64,000 nt of DNA, from the NCBI GenBank assembly GCA_037442885.1, contig JBBIPK010000009.1, positions 4,249 to 68,248 of the forward strand. Reading direction: 5' to 3'. How positions within the stretch are numbered: position 1 is the stretch's first letter; each line of letters starts with the position of its first letter. This DNA is from Acidobacteriota bacterium. Its GTDB lineage: Bacteria; Acidobacteriota; Terriglobia; Acidiferrales; 2-02-FULL-67-57. A program made the position numbers and the translations under genes. The notes beneath the pieces are model-generated. The model was not told the DNA's origin. It worked only from the letters and a program-made list of their open reading frames with translations, and did no database searches. Positions 10,870-22,400 of the stretch are shown here, piece after piece.

Positions 10870-11733
10870 CTATTTGAGGTACTTCCGCAGAATGGCCGCG
10901 AGCTTCTTCTTCGTCCTGGCCGGAATGTTCTCTCGTGCCGTCACAATCGCCTGCGCCAGGGCCCGCCCGCACTTGCACTCCCGGCCCTCCGGCACCAGCC
11001 GCACTGCTTCCCGGATGACGTTCTGCACGTTGGCAATGTTCCGCCGCAGATTCTCCAGGACTTCCAGGCCGGTGACGGCTTCGTGCTGCGGGTGCCAGCA
11101 ATCGTAGTCGGTGATCATGGCCACCGTGGCGTAGCAAGTCTCGGCCTCGCGCGCGAGTTTTGCCTCCTGCAGGTTCGTCATCCCGATGACGTCAAACCCC
11201 AGCTTACGATACGCCTGCGATTCGGCTAGCGTCGAAAACGCTGGCCCTTCCATGCACACGTAGGTTCCGCCACGATGCACGCCGACACCCGCCCGTTGGC
11301 ACGCCTGCGCCAGAACCGTCATGAGGACTGGGCAGATGGGATGCGAAAAGCTGACGTGCGCCACCACCCCATCGCCGAAGAAAGTGGAAATACGTCCCCG
11401 CGTCCGGTCAAAGAACTGGTCCGGGATCAGAAACTCCAGTGGCTTGAGCTCTTCCTTCAACGACCCCACGGCGCTTACCGACAGAATGCGCTCGACGCCC
11501 AGCAACTTGAATCCGTAAATGTTGGCCCGGAAGTTCAACTCGCTTGGAAGGATCATGTGCTTCCGCCCGTGTCGTGCCAGAAACGCCACGGGCCGCCCAT
11601 CCAACTCCCCGACCAAGTAGTTGTCGGACGGCTTCCCAAACGGCGTGCGGACGGCCACCTCCCGCGTCTTCTTCAGGCCTTCCATTCCGTAGAGACCACT
11701 GCCTCCGATGATTCCCAGTTTGATCGGCTTCAT
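10870..11733 (-). CDS. mtnP: S-methyl-5'-thioadenosine phosphorylase
   Basis: The homologous part starts at the internal ATG 11733 (MKPIKLGIIGGSGLY...), which is preceded by GAGGAG. The protein carries purine nucleoside phosphorylase family motifs. The upstream 51 codons of the track ORF overlap the preceding gene. Confidence 0.85.
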   Translation of the reverse strand: MKPIKLGIIGGSGLYGMEGLKKTREVAVRTPFGKPSDNYLVGELDGRPVAFLARHGRKHMILPSELNFRANIYGFKLLGVERILSVSAVGSLKEELKPLEFLIPDQFFDRTRGRISTFFGDGVVAHVSFSHPICPVLMTVLAQACQRAGVGVHRGGTYVCMEGPAFSTLAESQAYRKLGFDVIGMTNLQEAKLAREAETCYATVAMITDYDCWHPQHEAVTGLEVLENLRRNIANVQNVIREAVRLVPEGRECKCGRALAQAIVTARENIPARTKKKLAAILRKYLK

Positions 11734-11744
11734 CAGGCCTCTCC

Positions 11745-12605
11745 TCAACTCACGGATGCCGGCGCAAACTCCGGGGCTGGTTCCGCAATCACTTCGTCGC
11801 CTTTCTGCCGCAGGTACGCCGCCGGCACCGTCGGGTCGTGAACAAAGAAACACAGCCATTCCTCGCGCACCGCCTGTGGAATCCACCGTTTCTTTTGTTC
11901 CAACGTCTGCAGCGGGTAGAGATCGTACCCCATGATCCAGGCAGCCGGCAGATGCGCGGTGGTAGGAACCATATCAGCGAAGAAAAACGCTGTGCGTCCT
12001 TGCGATCTGATCCGCACGCATTGCATATCCCGTGTATGGCCGGGTACGCGCACCAGCTCCACCCCTGGGATAATCTCTCTGTCGCCAGTCAGGGCTATCC
12101 ATTGGTTCGCTGCCTGCATGGGCTCGAAATTCTCCCGCAAAAAGCTGGCCCGATCCCTTTCCGTCGGTTGCCGCGCGTGCTCCAATTCGCCCGCCTGGAC
12201 GTAGTACTGCGCGCGCGAAAAGGTCGGCACGAGGGTCGCGTCGCTTGCCCGGCGCGTATTCCAGCCGCAGTGATCGAAGTGCAAATGCGTGTCCACCACG
12301 ATGTCAATGTCGTCTGGACTCAGGCCGTAAGCGCGCAGCGATCCGGGCAAGGTCGTTGTATGCTCAATGCCGTAGATATCAACCTGTTTCGCCGACATCT
12401 TGTCGCCGATCCCGGTTTCAATCAACACCGCCTGCTTCCCACTCAGAATCAACAACGAATGCAAGGCGAGTCGGATGCGGTTGCGCTCATCCGGTTGAAA
12501 CTTCTTCTGCCAGAGAACTCGCGGTACGACGCCGAACATCGCTCCCCCGTCCAGCCGAAAGAAGCCGTCGGATAGCAAATGGAGCTCAAATTGACCGAAC
12601 CTCAT
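11745..12605 (-). CDS. MBL-fold metallo-hydrolase
   Basis: Contains the HxHxDH motif (VDTHLHFDHCGW) and a later VPGHT. The likely start is ATG 12605, which forms an ATGA overlap with the mce stop. Confidence 0.75.
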   Translation of the reverse strand: MRFGQFELHLLSDGFFRLDGGAMFGVVPRVLWQKKFQPDERNRIRLALHSLLILSGKQAVLIETGIGDKMSAKQVDIYGIEHTTTLPGSLRAYGLSPDDIDIVVDTHLHFDHCGWNTRRASDATLVPTFSRAQYYVQAGELEHARQPTERDRASFLRENFEPMQAANQWIALTGDREIIPGVELVRVPGHTRDMQCVRIRSQGRTAFFFADMVPTTAHLPAAWIMGYDLYPLQTLEQKKRWIPQAVREEWLCFFVHDPTVPAAYLRQKGDEVIAEPAPEFAPASVS

Positions 12606-13012
12606 CCCTGTTTCTCCCGCGCCGCGGCCTCGACCAACTCTACCAATACGCCCCCGCAACTTTCCGGATGAAGGAATGCATAACGATGCCCGCCGGCTCC
12701 GGCTTCCGCTTTGGAGGGGATGATTCGTACGCCGGCAGTTTCGAGTGCGTGCACGTGGCGCTCGAGACCCTCCACCTCAATCGCGATGTGGTGCAGGCCC
12801 TCTCCGCGCTTTTCGATAAAGCGGGCAATGGGTGAATCGTTCCCGGTTGGCTCCATCAACTCGATTCGGGTATCACCCAGTGGCAACAATGCCACCCGCA
12901 CCTTCTCAGATGACAAGTGCTCAATGTCTGCAATACGCAATCCCAAACGCTCATAGAGGTTTCGCGCACTCTCCAGCGAACGCACGGCAATGCCGATGTG
13001 GTCAAGTTTCAT
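12602..13012 (-). CDS. mce: methylmalonyl-CoA epimerase (VOC/glyoxalase fold)
   Basis: 136 aa. MKLDHIGIAV...IELMEPTGNDSPIARFIEKRGEGLHHIAIEV...GGVLVELVE is the typical MCE pattern. Confidence 0.85.
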   Translation of the reverse strand: MKLDHIGIAVRSLESARNLYERLGLRIADIEHLSSEKVRVALLPLGDTRIELMEPTGNDSPIARFIEKRGEGLHHIAIEVEGLERHVHALETAGVRIIPSKAEAGAGGHRYAFLHPESCGGVLVELVEAAAREKQG

Positions 13013-13021
13013 TCTGGGTTC

Positions 13022-13984
13022 CTACCGAATCCCTGCGCTTCGGAGGAGTTCATCCACAACACTGTAGGGGTCCCGCTCGCGCCGCGCTACTTGCTCCGCA
13101 AAAGCGGCCAGCTCGTCTTCACTGCCGGGCGTGCCCAGCAACCGCGCCAGCAGGCGTTCGTGCAGAAGTTCGCGCAGTCGCTGCAACCAGCGCTGCGTAC
13201 GTTTTCTCTCCCTCAAGCCGTGCTCGTTGAGGTGGCGGTCGTAGGCGCCCAGAGCAACTGCCAGTTCTTCCACACCCGCCCCCTCCGTGGCCACGGTACG
13301 AACAATAGGTGGCACCCACCCATCGGCACGCGGGCTCAGGCCGGGAAGAACCTTTAACTCGTGCTCCAGCTTGTCGGCTCCTCCCCGGTCCGCTTTGTTG
13401 ATGACGAATACATCGGCAATCTCCATGATTCCGGCCTTAAAGGTCTGCACCTCATCACCCATGCCTGGAACCAGGACCAATACGGTCGTGTCCGCCAGCT
13501 TCACGATTTCCACCTCGTCCTGGCCTACCCCGACCGTCTCAATCAGGATTACTGACTTTCCCGCCGCATCCAGCACAAGCGCAGCGTCGGCGGTTGCGCC
13601 GGCCAGCCCACCCAGGTGCCCTCGCGTCGCCATGCTGCGAATGTAAATGCCCGCATCGGTGGCGTGGCGCTGCATGCGAATGCGGTCGCCGAGCAGCGCT
13701 CCTCCGGTAAACGGGCTGGTAGGATCCACGGCTATGATCCCGACCCGCCGGTGCTGCTCTCGATACGTTGCCGCCAGCTTGTCCACCAATGAACTTTTCC
13801 CCGCCCCGGGGGCTCCAGTAATACCGATGAGCGAGGCGTTACCCGTGTGCGGGAACAGCGCCTGGAGGAGTTTTTCGCTGCTCGGTTCCGCGTCTTCAAT
13901 CGCGCTGATTGCCCGCGCGATGGCCCGTGGGTCACCTGCGCGAATGCGCTCCACAACGGAATCGGCCGATGCCGTGCGGGTCAC
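13022..13984 (-). CDS. meaB: MeaB/ArgK-type G-protein chaperone for B12-dependent acyl-CoA mutases
   Basis: Contains the P-loop GITGAPGAGKSSL, then VDPTSPFTGGALLGDRIRM, then NKADR. The likely start is GTG 13984, which sits 7 nt after the acd stop and has a GAGG just upstream. The track ORF extends to 14059, inside acd. Confidence 0.85.
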   Translation of the reverse strand: MTRTASADSVVERIRAGDPRAIARAISAIEDAEPSSEKLLQALFPHTGNASLIGITGAPGAGKSSLVDKLAATYREQHRRVGIIAVDPTSPFTGGALLGDRIRMQRHATDAGIYIRSMATRGHLGGLAGATADAALVLDAAGKSVILIETVGVGQDEVEIVKLADTTVLVLVPGMGDEVQTFKAGIMEIADVFVINKADRGGADKLEHELKVLPGLSPRADGWVPPIVRTVATEGAGVEELAVALGAYDRHLNEHGLRERKRTQRWLQRLRELLHERLLARLLGTPGSEDELAAFAEQVARRERDPYSVVDELLRSAGIR

Positions 13985-13991
13985 AGCGACC

Positions 13992-15140
13992 TCAGTGCGG
14001 CTTCCCCAGCAACGTGCGCGCGATGACGAGCCGTTGAATCTCGCTCGTGCCTTCGCCAATCGTGCATAGCTTCACGTCGCGGTAGTACTTTTCTGCCGGG
14101 TAGTCCTTGACGAACCCGTAGCCACCGTAGATCTGCACGACCTCCCCGGCCGCTCGCACGGCGGCTTCGCTGGCATAGAGCTTGGCCATCGAGCAAAGCT
14201 TCGTGTCGACCTGACCGCGATCAGCCCGCTCCGCGGCCGCATAGGTCAGCCACCGCGCGGCTTCGATTTCTGTGCGCATCGTGGCCAGCTTCCACTGAAT
14301 CGCCTGGAACTCGCCGATCGCCTTCCCAAACTGCTTGCGCTCGTGTGCATAGCGCAGCGAATGCTCAAGCGCGCCGCCCGCAATGCCCAGCGACAACGCC
14401 GCTACGGAGATCCGACCGCGGTCCAGAACCTGCAGAACGTTTGCGAAGGCTTCGTCCGGCTGTCCCACCAGATTCTCCTGCGGCACGCGACACCCTTCGA
14501 AGATCATTTCTGCGGTATCGCTGGCCCGCAGGCCCAGCTTGTTTTCTTTCTTCCCGGCACGGAAGCCCGGGGTTCCTTTCTCCACGACGAAAGCAGAAAT
14601 TCCGTGATGTCCCTTTTCGGGATTGGTGGAGGCCATCACCACGCACACATCGGCGCGGTTGCCGTTGGTGATGAACGCCTTGGTACCATCCAACACCCAG
14701 TGATTCCCCTGACGCGTGGCTCGCAGCCGTAAGTTGCCTGCGTCCGACCCCGCCCCGGGTTCCGTCAATGCCCAGCAGCCAAGCTTTTTCCCGGCAGCCA
14801 GTGGGGCAAGATAACGCTGCTTTTGCTCCTGGTTTCCAAAGAGGTTGAGGTGGGAGCCGCACAGGCCAGCGTGGGCAGCCACGATGATGGCAACGGATGC
14901 ATCCACGCGCGCCAGTTCCTCAATCACGATTGTCCATTCCACATAGCCCAAGCCGGCACCTCCGTATTCCTCTGAAACAGTCACACCGAGAAGGTTCAGT
15001 TCGGCAAGCTTCGGGAGCAATTCGGACGGAAAGCGGGAGGCTTCATCCCATTCCATCACATGGGGGCGAATCTCGGCCTCGGCAAACTCTCGAACAGCAC
15101 GGCGCAGCTGCTCCTGCTCATCTGTGAACTGAAAATCCAC
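13992..15140 (-). CDS. acyl-CoA dehydrogenase (short/branched-chain type)
   Basis: 382 aa. Contains CWALTEPGAGSD, the catalytic-base region YEGTSEIQ-like (IGEGTSEIQRLVIAR), and QIYGGYGF. Confidence 0.9.
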   Translation of the reverse strand: MDFQFTDEQEQLRRAVREFAEAEIRPHVMEWDEASRFPSELLPKLAELNLLGVTVSEEYGGAGLGYVEWTIVIEELARVDASVAIIVAAHAGLCGSHLNLFGNQEQKQRYLAPLAAGKKLGCWALTEPGAGSDAGNLRLRATRQGNHWVLDGTKAFITNGNRADVCVVMASTNPEKGHHGISAFVVEKGTPGFRAGKKENKLGLRASDTAEMIFEGCRVPQENLVGQPDEAFANVLQVLDRGRISVAALSLGIAGGALEHSLRYAHERKQFGKAIGEFQAIQWKLATMRTEIEAARWLTYAAAERADRGQVDTKLCSMAKLYASEAAVRAAGEVVQIYGGYGFVKDYPAEKYYRDVKLCTIGEGTSEIQRLVIARTLLGKPH

Positions 15141-15243
15141 TTTCCTGACCTCCCGGCGGCGTCCTCAACTGCAAAACAGACCCCTATACCACGCTGGGCG
15201 CTGGTCGTCAGCGGGCCGAGACAACCGATTGTGTGGCTTGGCG

Positions 15244-16332
15244 CTAGTGGCGAACAATTTCACGTAGTACCTGCAGGGCCTGCTCAATCCCCGGAGCATC
15301 CACATCGAAGTGGGTAACCATTCGCATCGTTCGCGGATCCACCCCGTTCGCGAGTATCCCGCGCTCCTTCAGCCGTGCGGAAATCTCCTGGCTGGTCATT
15401 CCTGTGCCCGCCACATCGAAGATAACGATGTTCGTCTGCACCTTAGTCGGATCCAGCTGAATGCCTGGAATGGCCGCCAGCCCTTCCGCCAGGCGGCGCG
15501 CATTCCGGTGGTCGCGCGCCAGCAGCGGCGGACTCTTTTCCAACGCGACCAAACCTGCTGCAGCCAGCACTCCTGCCTGCCGCATTCCACCACCGAACAT
15601 TTTTCGGTACACACGTGCTTTCTCGATAAAGCCTCGGCTCCCGACCAGCATGGAACCCACCGGAGCGCCCAGTCCTTTCGACAGGCAAAACATGATCGAA
15701 TCCACCTGGCGCGTCATTTCCACCACCGACTTGCCCAGCGCCACCGCAGCGTTGAAGATCCGGGCTCCATCGAGGTGCACGGGAAGCCCGCGCTCGTGTG
15801 CCCGGTCGCAAATCTCTTCTTGGACCTCCGGCGGCATCACGACACCACCCGCAATGTTGTGCGTGTTTTCGAGTGAAATGAGTCCAGTCTGTGCACGATA
15901 GTAGACCTTCGGGCGAATCGCAGGCTCGATCAATCGCCAGGTCAAGATGCCGTCCTCGGCGAATACCGGCCGCGGCAGACAGCCGGCAATAGCTGCCAGT
16001 GCTGCCATCTCGAAGTTGTAGATGTGCCCGCGCGACTCGCAAATGACCTCGTTGCCGTGGTCGCAATGAATGCGCAGAGCAATCAGGTTTCCCATCGAGC
16101 CGGAGGGGACAAAGAGAGCTGCCTCTCGCTGGAACATCTCGGCCGCGCGCGCCTCCAGCCGGTTGACCGTGGGGTCTTCGCCGTACACATCGTCCCCCAC
16201 CTCCGCCTCGGCCATGGCTCTACGCATTTCTGGCGTTGGTTTGGTGACGGTGTCGCTGCGCAGATCAACTGGCTGCGCCTGCGGGCGCCTGGTCTCTTCT
16301 TCCTGGATGCCTGCCGGACGAACTGTCGCCAT
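15244..16332 (-). CDS. ltaE: low-specificity L-threonine aldolase
   Basis: Contains [18 protein letters not shown]...[16 protein letters not shown] and the PLP-lysine region [13 protein letters not shown]. Confidence 0.85.
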   Translation of the reverse strand: MATVRPAGIQEEETRRPQAQPVDLRSDTVTKPTPEMRRAMAEAEVGDDVYGEDPTVNRLEARAAEMFQREAALFVPSGSMGNLIALRIHCDHGNEVICESRGHIYNFEMAALAAIAGCLPRPVFAEDGILTWRLIEPAIRPKVYYRAQTGLISLENTHNIAGGVVMPPEVQEEICDRAHERGLPVHLDGARIFNAAVALGKSVVEMTRQVDSIMFCLSKGLGAPVGSMLVGSRGFIEKARVYRKMFGGGMRQAGVLAAAGLVALEKSPPLLARDHRNARRLAEGLAAIPGIQLDPTKVQTNIVIFDVAGTGMTSQEISARLKERGILANGVDPRTMRMVTHFDVDAPGIEQALQVLREIVRH

Positions 16333-16345
16333 GAATCGCTCCCCG

Positions 16346-16807
16346 TTAGCGGCCCGGGCCGGTCGTATCAGCCAAGATTTTCACTTTTACTTCCCGCTGC
16401 CGTGGCCCGTCGAATTCACAGAAGAAAATCCCTTGCCAGCGTCCCAGGCCCAGCTTGCCGCCCTCGATCGGCACCGACTGCGATGTTCCCACCAGTGCCG
16501 CCTTCACATGTGCGTCGGCATTCCCTTCCCAATGCTTGTAGGAACCCGATTGGGGTACGAGTCGCTCCAGTAGGGTGAGAATATCGGCGGCCACATTGGG
16601 GTCGTCATTCTCATTGATGAGGATTCCCGCGGTCGTGTGTGGGACGTAGACACAACAGAGGCCATCTTCGACCCGCGATTCCGCCACTACCTGCGTCACC
16701 TCCGCAGTGATGTCCTTCAGTTCAGACCGTCGGCTGGTCTTGAACCGCACCGAGAAAACCTGACTCGCGACCGGGCTCGCCGGCGATCCCCGCTTGGGTT
16801 CTGCCAT
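16346..16807 (-). CDS. YjbQ/UPF0047 family protein (secondary thiamine-phosphate synthase)
   Basis: Contains [18 protein letters not shown]...[15 protein letters not shown]...[18 protein letters not shown]. Confidence 0.8.
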   Translation of the reverse strand: MAEPKRGSPASPVASQVFSVRFKTSRRSELKDITAEVTQVVAESRVEDGLCCVYVPHTTAGILINENDDPNVAADILTLLERLVPQSGSYKHWEGNADAHVKAALVGTSQSVPIEGGKLGLGRWQGIFFCEFDGPRQREVKVKILADTTGPGR

Positions 16808-16891
16808 CCGATGTCTTCGCTCCTCCTCCGACTCGCAGCTATAGCCACTCGGGCGAATCCTACCACAGCCATCCGTCGCTCGCTATCGCGG

Positions 16892-18517
16892 TCAACGATC
16901 CAAGTAGATGACCTGGTGATCCCGGCAGGGGGAGTGCACCCGCTCCGCCAACCGAGGAATCAAATCCTTTCCGTACTGCGCCAGAAAGGAAAAAATGTTG
17001 ATCGTGCGTTCCTGCAAACTCCGCTCCGGGTAGAGAGCCTGGCTCAGGCGTGCCAGATGACGCTCCACGATCTCTTCTCTGCCGGCATGGCTGCGGGCAA
17101 CCTTGGCCGAGAGCTTCTGAAACTGATAGAGCATCTTGCGCCGAGCCGTGCCCACTGCTCCCTGCAGCGTTGGGTCGAGACGCACAATCCCTGGCTCCAG
17201 CTGTGCCAGCATCTGAGTCAGCTTTGTTTCATTGACCGCCAGACGCCGCCGCAGATTGCGCGGCAAGCGGCTCTGGGCCATCCGCGTAAAGATCGCGTTC
17301 CGTGGTTGAAACACATCCAAGAACGCGAGCTGGTAGCGCTTCAGGAGGCGTTGGAGCCCTCGGTCCACGAGCGTCAGACTAGCGCGGGGAACAATGACCG
17401 GCATTCGTCCCAGCAGCGCGTCGTACAACGCGCTTGCCTGAGCAAAATAGGCAACTTCGGCCGGGCCCGCCACGTAGGCCACGGTCGGGAACAACGTATC
17501 CTGAGTCAGCGGACGGAGCAGCACGTTCGGACTGAACCGCTCCGGATGGAGATGCAACATCTCACGCAATTCTGTGCGACTGAGAACTCCGTGATTGGCC
17601 ACCTGAAACCCGTTGCGCTGACGACGTAGGGGTCGCCTCTCTCCCTCTACGTTCAGGAAAAGCAGGGTGGCGCTTTCCCGGAGTCGAACTTGCCGGTGAT
17701 ACCCCGCCCGCTCCAGGGCGCTGTTTCTCTCGGCCAAACGCTGCTGCAAGGTTTCCCCCTGCTCCAGCGCCTGGCGGAAGAGCGGGGCCGCCAGCGCCAG
17801 CAGGCGCGCATCGAGCGGGTTGACAACCACCAAGCCCGTCTCTCTTAGAAGCCCGTGGAGAGTGCGCGCAAAGGCTTCGGCGTAGGAGGCACCGGGTTGG
17901 TAGGCCCGCACCAACTCGTCGAGTTCTTCGGCCTCCACGGAATACTGCCAGATTGCGCACAGCTCCTGCCGAATCCTGGCAATCTCATCCCCCAAGAGGA
18001 TTCCTCCCACTTGCACGTGCCTTGCGGGGGGCGCGGGATGCTCCCACTTGTGCAAGTGGTGCTGCCGGTCGAGAACGGCACAGTGATTCACTTCAGCAAC
18101 GTCATGGTCCTCCGCCGCCATCCAGAAGAGGGGAACAGTCGGAATCCCTTCAGCCGTCAGTTTCTCAGCCAGCCGCAGCGCAGTAATCGCCTTGTAGATC
18201 GTGTAGCTGGGTCCCGTGAAGAGTCCGATCTGTTGGCCGGCCACAACTGCAAAGGCCGCGCCCATCCGCAGGCGCTCGATATTCTCTTGGGTCTTGGGCC
18301 CCGCTCCGTATGCGCGATTTTGCTCGGCAAGAACCTCCGCAACGGCGGACCGCATCATCCGGTCGGCAGGCACCCTCTCAGCCGCACGAATGAAGGAGTC
18401 CGCGGCAAACGGATCCCAGGCATAGAAATGCGCAACGCGTGGGAAATCGTAGAGGAAATCGAGAAACAGGCGCGTGCTGTGAGGAATCTCGCGGAAAGAG
18501 ATACAGTGCGGCTCCAT
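16892..18517 (-). CDS. bshC: bacillithiol biosynthesis cysteine-adding enzyme BshC
   Basis: From the internal ATG 18517 the sequence reads MEPHCISFREIPHSTRLFLDFLYDF..., an N-terminus typical of BshC, and the length is about 540 aa. The longer track ORF would overlap the dapA-like gene. Confidence 0.8.
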   Translation of the reverse strand: MEPHCISFREIPHSTRLFLDFLYDFPRVAHFYAWDPFAADSFIRAAERVPADRMMRSAVAEVLAEQNRAYGAGPKTQENIERLRMGAAFAVVAGQQIGLFTGPSYTIYKAITALRLAEKLTAEGIPTVPLFWMAAEDHDVAEVNHCAVLDRQHHLHKWEHPAPPARHVQVGGILLGDEIARIRQELCAIWQYSVEAEELDELVRAYQPGASYAEAFARTLHGLLRETGLVVVNPLDARLLALAAPLFRQALEQGETLQQRLAERNSALERAGYHRQVRLRESATLLFLNVEGERRPLRRQRNGFQVANHGVLSRTELREMLHLHPERFSPNVLLRPLTQDTLFPTVAYVAGPAEVAYFAQASALYDALLGRMPVIVPRASLTLVDRGLQRLLKRYQLAFLDVFQPRNAIFTRMAQSRLPRNLRRRLAVNETKLTQMLAQLEPGIVRLDPTLQGAVGTARRKMLYQFQKLSAKVARSHAGREEIVERHLARLSQALYPERSLQERTINIFSFLAQYGKDLIPRLAERVHSPCRDHQVIYLDR

Positions 18518-18563
18518 CGAGCGCCCATCATACTCAGCCGCTCGGAGGGGGACAAGCAAACCG

Positions 18564-19466
18564 CTAGGCGGCGGCTTCGAGCCCACGCGCGACGTCGGCC
18601 AGCTCTTGCTTGGCTTGCTCGTCCAGAGGGAGGAACGGGGGGCGCGCCGGCCCACCATAATACCCGCGTAGGTCCATTACGTACTTGATGCCCGGCACGC
18701 CATAGGTGGAAACAACAAGCTTGACCGCAGGGATCACCTTCTGCTGCAGCCCGCGTGCACGATCGTGATTCCCGCTGCAATATGCTTCGTAAAGAGCAGT
18801 AAAAACCTCCGGCCATGCACAAGCCGCCGCCAGCACTCCACCACGTGCACCCAGCGCCAGTGATGGATACAACGTCGTGGCTGAGCCCACTAGAACGGTA
18901 AACGTGTCTGGAGTGCTCGCGATCATCTGGGCGACACGCTCCACATTCCCCGAGCTTTCCTTAATCCCGAGGATGTTCGGATGCTCGGCGAGCCGGGCGA
19001 CCCAGGGCGCTTCCACAGCCAGGCCGGTGAATTGCGGCACGGAGTAAATCAACACAGGGATCGGGCTGGCATCGGCAACGGCGCGGAAGTGCCGTTCAAG
19101 GGCTGCCTCGTTCATCTGCGGCTTGAAGTAGTGCGGTGTCTTGACCAGAGCAACCGCGTACCCCAACTCTGCTGCCTGCCGCGTCAGGGCAATCGTCTCC
19201 CTGGTCGCTTCCATTCCCGTGCCCGCAATCAGGAGCTTGTTCCTGTCCGCCGCCTTCCGAACAGTCTCCCAAACCCGCAGCTTTTCCTCTTCCCGCAAGT
19301 ACACAGACTCGCCCGTCGAACCCACCACGACGTATCCGGCAAGTTGCGTCTGGTTATACTTCCGAACGTTTTCGGCCAGATGATCGAGCGCCACTGTGCC
19401 ATCGCGAGCGAAAGGCGTGGTGAGAGGCGGATAGATGCCGTGCAGCTTGGGCGCAGGGACACTCAT
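18564..19466 (-). CDS. DapA/HOGA-family class I aldolase (dihydrodipicolinate synthase family)
   Basis: 300 aa. Contains VVGSTGES, the Schiff-base lysine context ILGIKESSG, and YSVPQFTG. The start overlaps the carB stop. Confidence 0.8.
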   Translation of the reverse strand: MSVPAPKLHGIYPPLTTPFARDGTVALDHLAENVRKYNQTQLAGYVVVGSTGESVYLREEEKLRVWETVRKAADRNKLLIAGTGMEATRETIALTRQAAELGYAVALVKTPHYFKPQMNEAALERHFRAVADASPIPVLIYSVPQFTGLAVEAPWVARLAEHPNILGIKESSGNVERVAQMIASTPDTFTVLVGSATTLYPSLALGARGGVLAAACAWPEVFTALYEAYCSGNHDRARGLQQKVIPAVKLVVSTYGVPGIKYVMDLRGYYGGPARPPFLPLDEQAKQELADVARGLEAAA

Positions 19467-22400
19467 CGGGGGCCTCTCTTCGCGGGAGCAACAACTTCAG
19501 ATCCGGCGAGGGAGCTGCGGACGCCAGTTGCCGGGCCGGCACGTCTCATAGCCCGCAGGCTGCCTCGCGCCTCAAACCGTGGATACAGATCCTGGAGACA
19601 CAGAATCTCAATCTCTTCCTTCTGCAAAGCTTCGATCCCCGCCACCGCAGCGGTCGCTCCTTCCAATGTGGTGATGCAGGGAACCCGATGCCGTACTGCT
19701 GCGCGGCGAATCGCGCGCTCGTCGTAGAAGGACTTGCGCCCCAGCGGGGTATTGATGATCAGCTGTATCCTGCCGGTCTTGATCAGGTCCACGACATGAG
19801 GGCGACCCTCGTTGACCTTGAAGACACTCTCAACCGTCAGTCCCGCACCGGAGAGTGCCTGGGCCGTTCCCCGGGTAGCAACCAGCGCAAAACCCCGTTC
19901 CGTCAGTTTCCGCGCAATCGGCAATAATTCCGGCTTGTCCCTGTCATTCACACTCAGGAACGCCGTACCGGCTGTCGGTAAGCGCTGGTCTGCAGCCAAC
20001 TGCGCCTTGGCAAAGGACGACCCGAATCCCCGCGCTACGCCCATTACCTCGCCTGTGGACTTCATCTCCGGACCCAGAACTGTATCTACTCCACGAAAAC
20101 GGCTGAAGGGATAAACTGATGACTTGACCGCATAAAAGTGGTGGGAAGGTGCTTCCGCAGGCAGATCGAAATCCTTCAATCGTGCCCCGGTCATCAGCAG
20201 CGCTGCCATCTTCGCCAGCGGGATTCCGGTGGCCTTGCTGACATAGGGAACGGTGCGGGAGGCGCGCGGGTTCACCTCCAAAACGTGGACGGTGTCGCTC
20301 CCGCGGGGCACGGCGAACTGGACATTCATCAAGCCGACCACGTTCAGCGCCCGCGCTAGGCGCACCGTGTACTCCCGGAGGCATTCCAACACGCCAGGAG
20401 AAAACTGATAGGTGGGGAGCACACAGGAGGAGTCGCCGGAATGGATGCCGGCCTTCTCGATGTGCTCCATGATCCCGCCGATGTACACATCGGCGCCATC
20501 CGACAAGGCATCTACGTCAAGTTCAATGGTATCTTCGAGGAACTCGTCAATCAGAATGGGTAAGGCCTGAGCAAACTCGGTGGCCTGCGCGACGTACGTC
20601 TCCACCGTGGCCCGGTCGTAGGCAATCGCCATCGCCCGCCCGCCCAGCACGTAGGAGGGACGCACCAACACCGGATAGCCGATTTTCTCCGCCGCCTCGA
20701 CAGCTTCTTCTAGGCTCATCGCCGCGGCATGGCGCGGCTGCGGAATCTTCAACGCGCGCAGCAAGCGGCTGAACTGCTGGCGGTCCTCGGCCAAGTCAAT
20801 GGATTCCGGTGTTGTCCCGATGATAGGCACACCCGCCTGTTTGAGCGGCAATGCCAGATTCAGCGGCGTCTGGCCCCCGAACTGAACAATTACCCCGTTC
20901 GGCCGCTCCCGTTCGATGATGTTCATCACATCCTCGAACGTGACAGGCTCAAAGTAGAGCCGATCGGAAGTGTCATAATCGGTGGAGACAGTTTCCGGAT
21001 TGCAGTTGACCATAATGGTCTCGAAGCCCTTTTCCCGCAGTGCGAACGCCGCATGGCAGCAGCAGTAGTCAAACTCGATCCCCTGCCCGATGCGGTTCGG
21101 CCCGCTGCCCAGAATCACAATCTTGGGCCGCGACGTGGGCTCAGTCTCGTCTTCCTCTTCGTAGGTGGAATAGAGGTAGGGCGTGAAGGATTCGAACTCG
21201 GCCGCGCAGGTGTCCACCCGCTTGAAGACCGCTCGAATGTCGTGCGCGAGCCGCTGCCTCCGCACCGCGGCCGGCGTCGTGCCCCACAAGCGCGCTAGGT
21301 GCTCATCGGAAAAGCCCATCTGCTTTGCTTCGCGGAGGTTCTCTGCTGAAACGCCTTCGAGCGAAGCGTCTGCCAAGCGCGCTTCCGTCTCCACAATCTC
21401 CCGCATCTGTTGGAGAAACCAGGGATCAATGGACGTCAGCCGCGCTATTTCAGGCAAGCTCATCCCCTGCTGCAGAGCCGCGAAGAGCGCCTCCAATCGC
21501 TCCGGCGTGGGCACGCGTAAGAGTTCGCGCAAACGGTCCGGCTCGATGTTCCGCGGGAGATCAGTCCGCTTGCCGGTTTCGAGCGACCGAATCCCTTTGA
21601 GCAACGCCTCCTTGAAGGTTCGCCCGATGGCCATCACCTCGCCCACCGATTGCATCTGCGTGCCTAGGGTCCGCTCGACTGTGGGGAACTTCTCAAACTG
21701 CCACTTCGGGATCTTAACCACCACATAGTCGAGTGTAGGCTCGAAGCTCGCCGGTGTTTTGCGCGTGATGTCGTTCGGAATCTCGTCGAGCCGCAGGCCG
21801 ACCGCGAGCTTGGCCGCAATCTTGGCGATGGGGAAACCCGTGGCCTTGGAGGCCAGGGCCGAACTGCGCGACACGCGCGGATTCATCTCGATGACCACCA
21901 TCCGCCCCGACTGCGGATCCACTGCAAACTGGATGTTCGAGCCGCCCGTATCCACGCCCACCGCACGGATGATCTTCTGCGCTGCGTCCCGCATTTGCTG
22001 GTATTCCTTGTCCGTCAGGGTTTGCGCGGGCGCTACGGTGATCGAGTCGCCCGTGTGGATGCCCATCGCGTCGAAGTTTTCAATCGAGCAAATCACCACC
22101 ACGTTGTCGGCTAGGTCGCGCATGACCTCAAGCTCGAATTCCTTCCATCCCAGAACCGACTCTTCCACCAGCACCTCGCGCACCGGGCTCAGGTCAAGCC
22201 CCCGGCTCACCGCTTCCTCGAAATCCTCGGCGTTGTAGGCAATTCCGCCCCCGGTGCCGCCGAGTGTGAAGGAGGGTCGGATCACGACGGGAAAGCCCAC
22301 TTTCTCGGCGAAGCCACGCGCATCGGCCAGATTGTTCACCAGCGTACTGCGCGGGCAGTCCAGCCCGCAGCCCGCCACCACGTCCTTGAACCAGAGGCGG

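Noticed and set aside
21188-21197. GGATTCGAAC (minus strand GTTCGAATCC), a motif resembling a tRNA T-psi-C arm.
   Set aside because: It lies inside the uninterrupted carB reading frame, and I could not draw acceptor or anticodon stems around it. I recognised no tRNA in the window.
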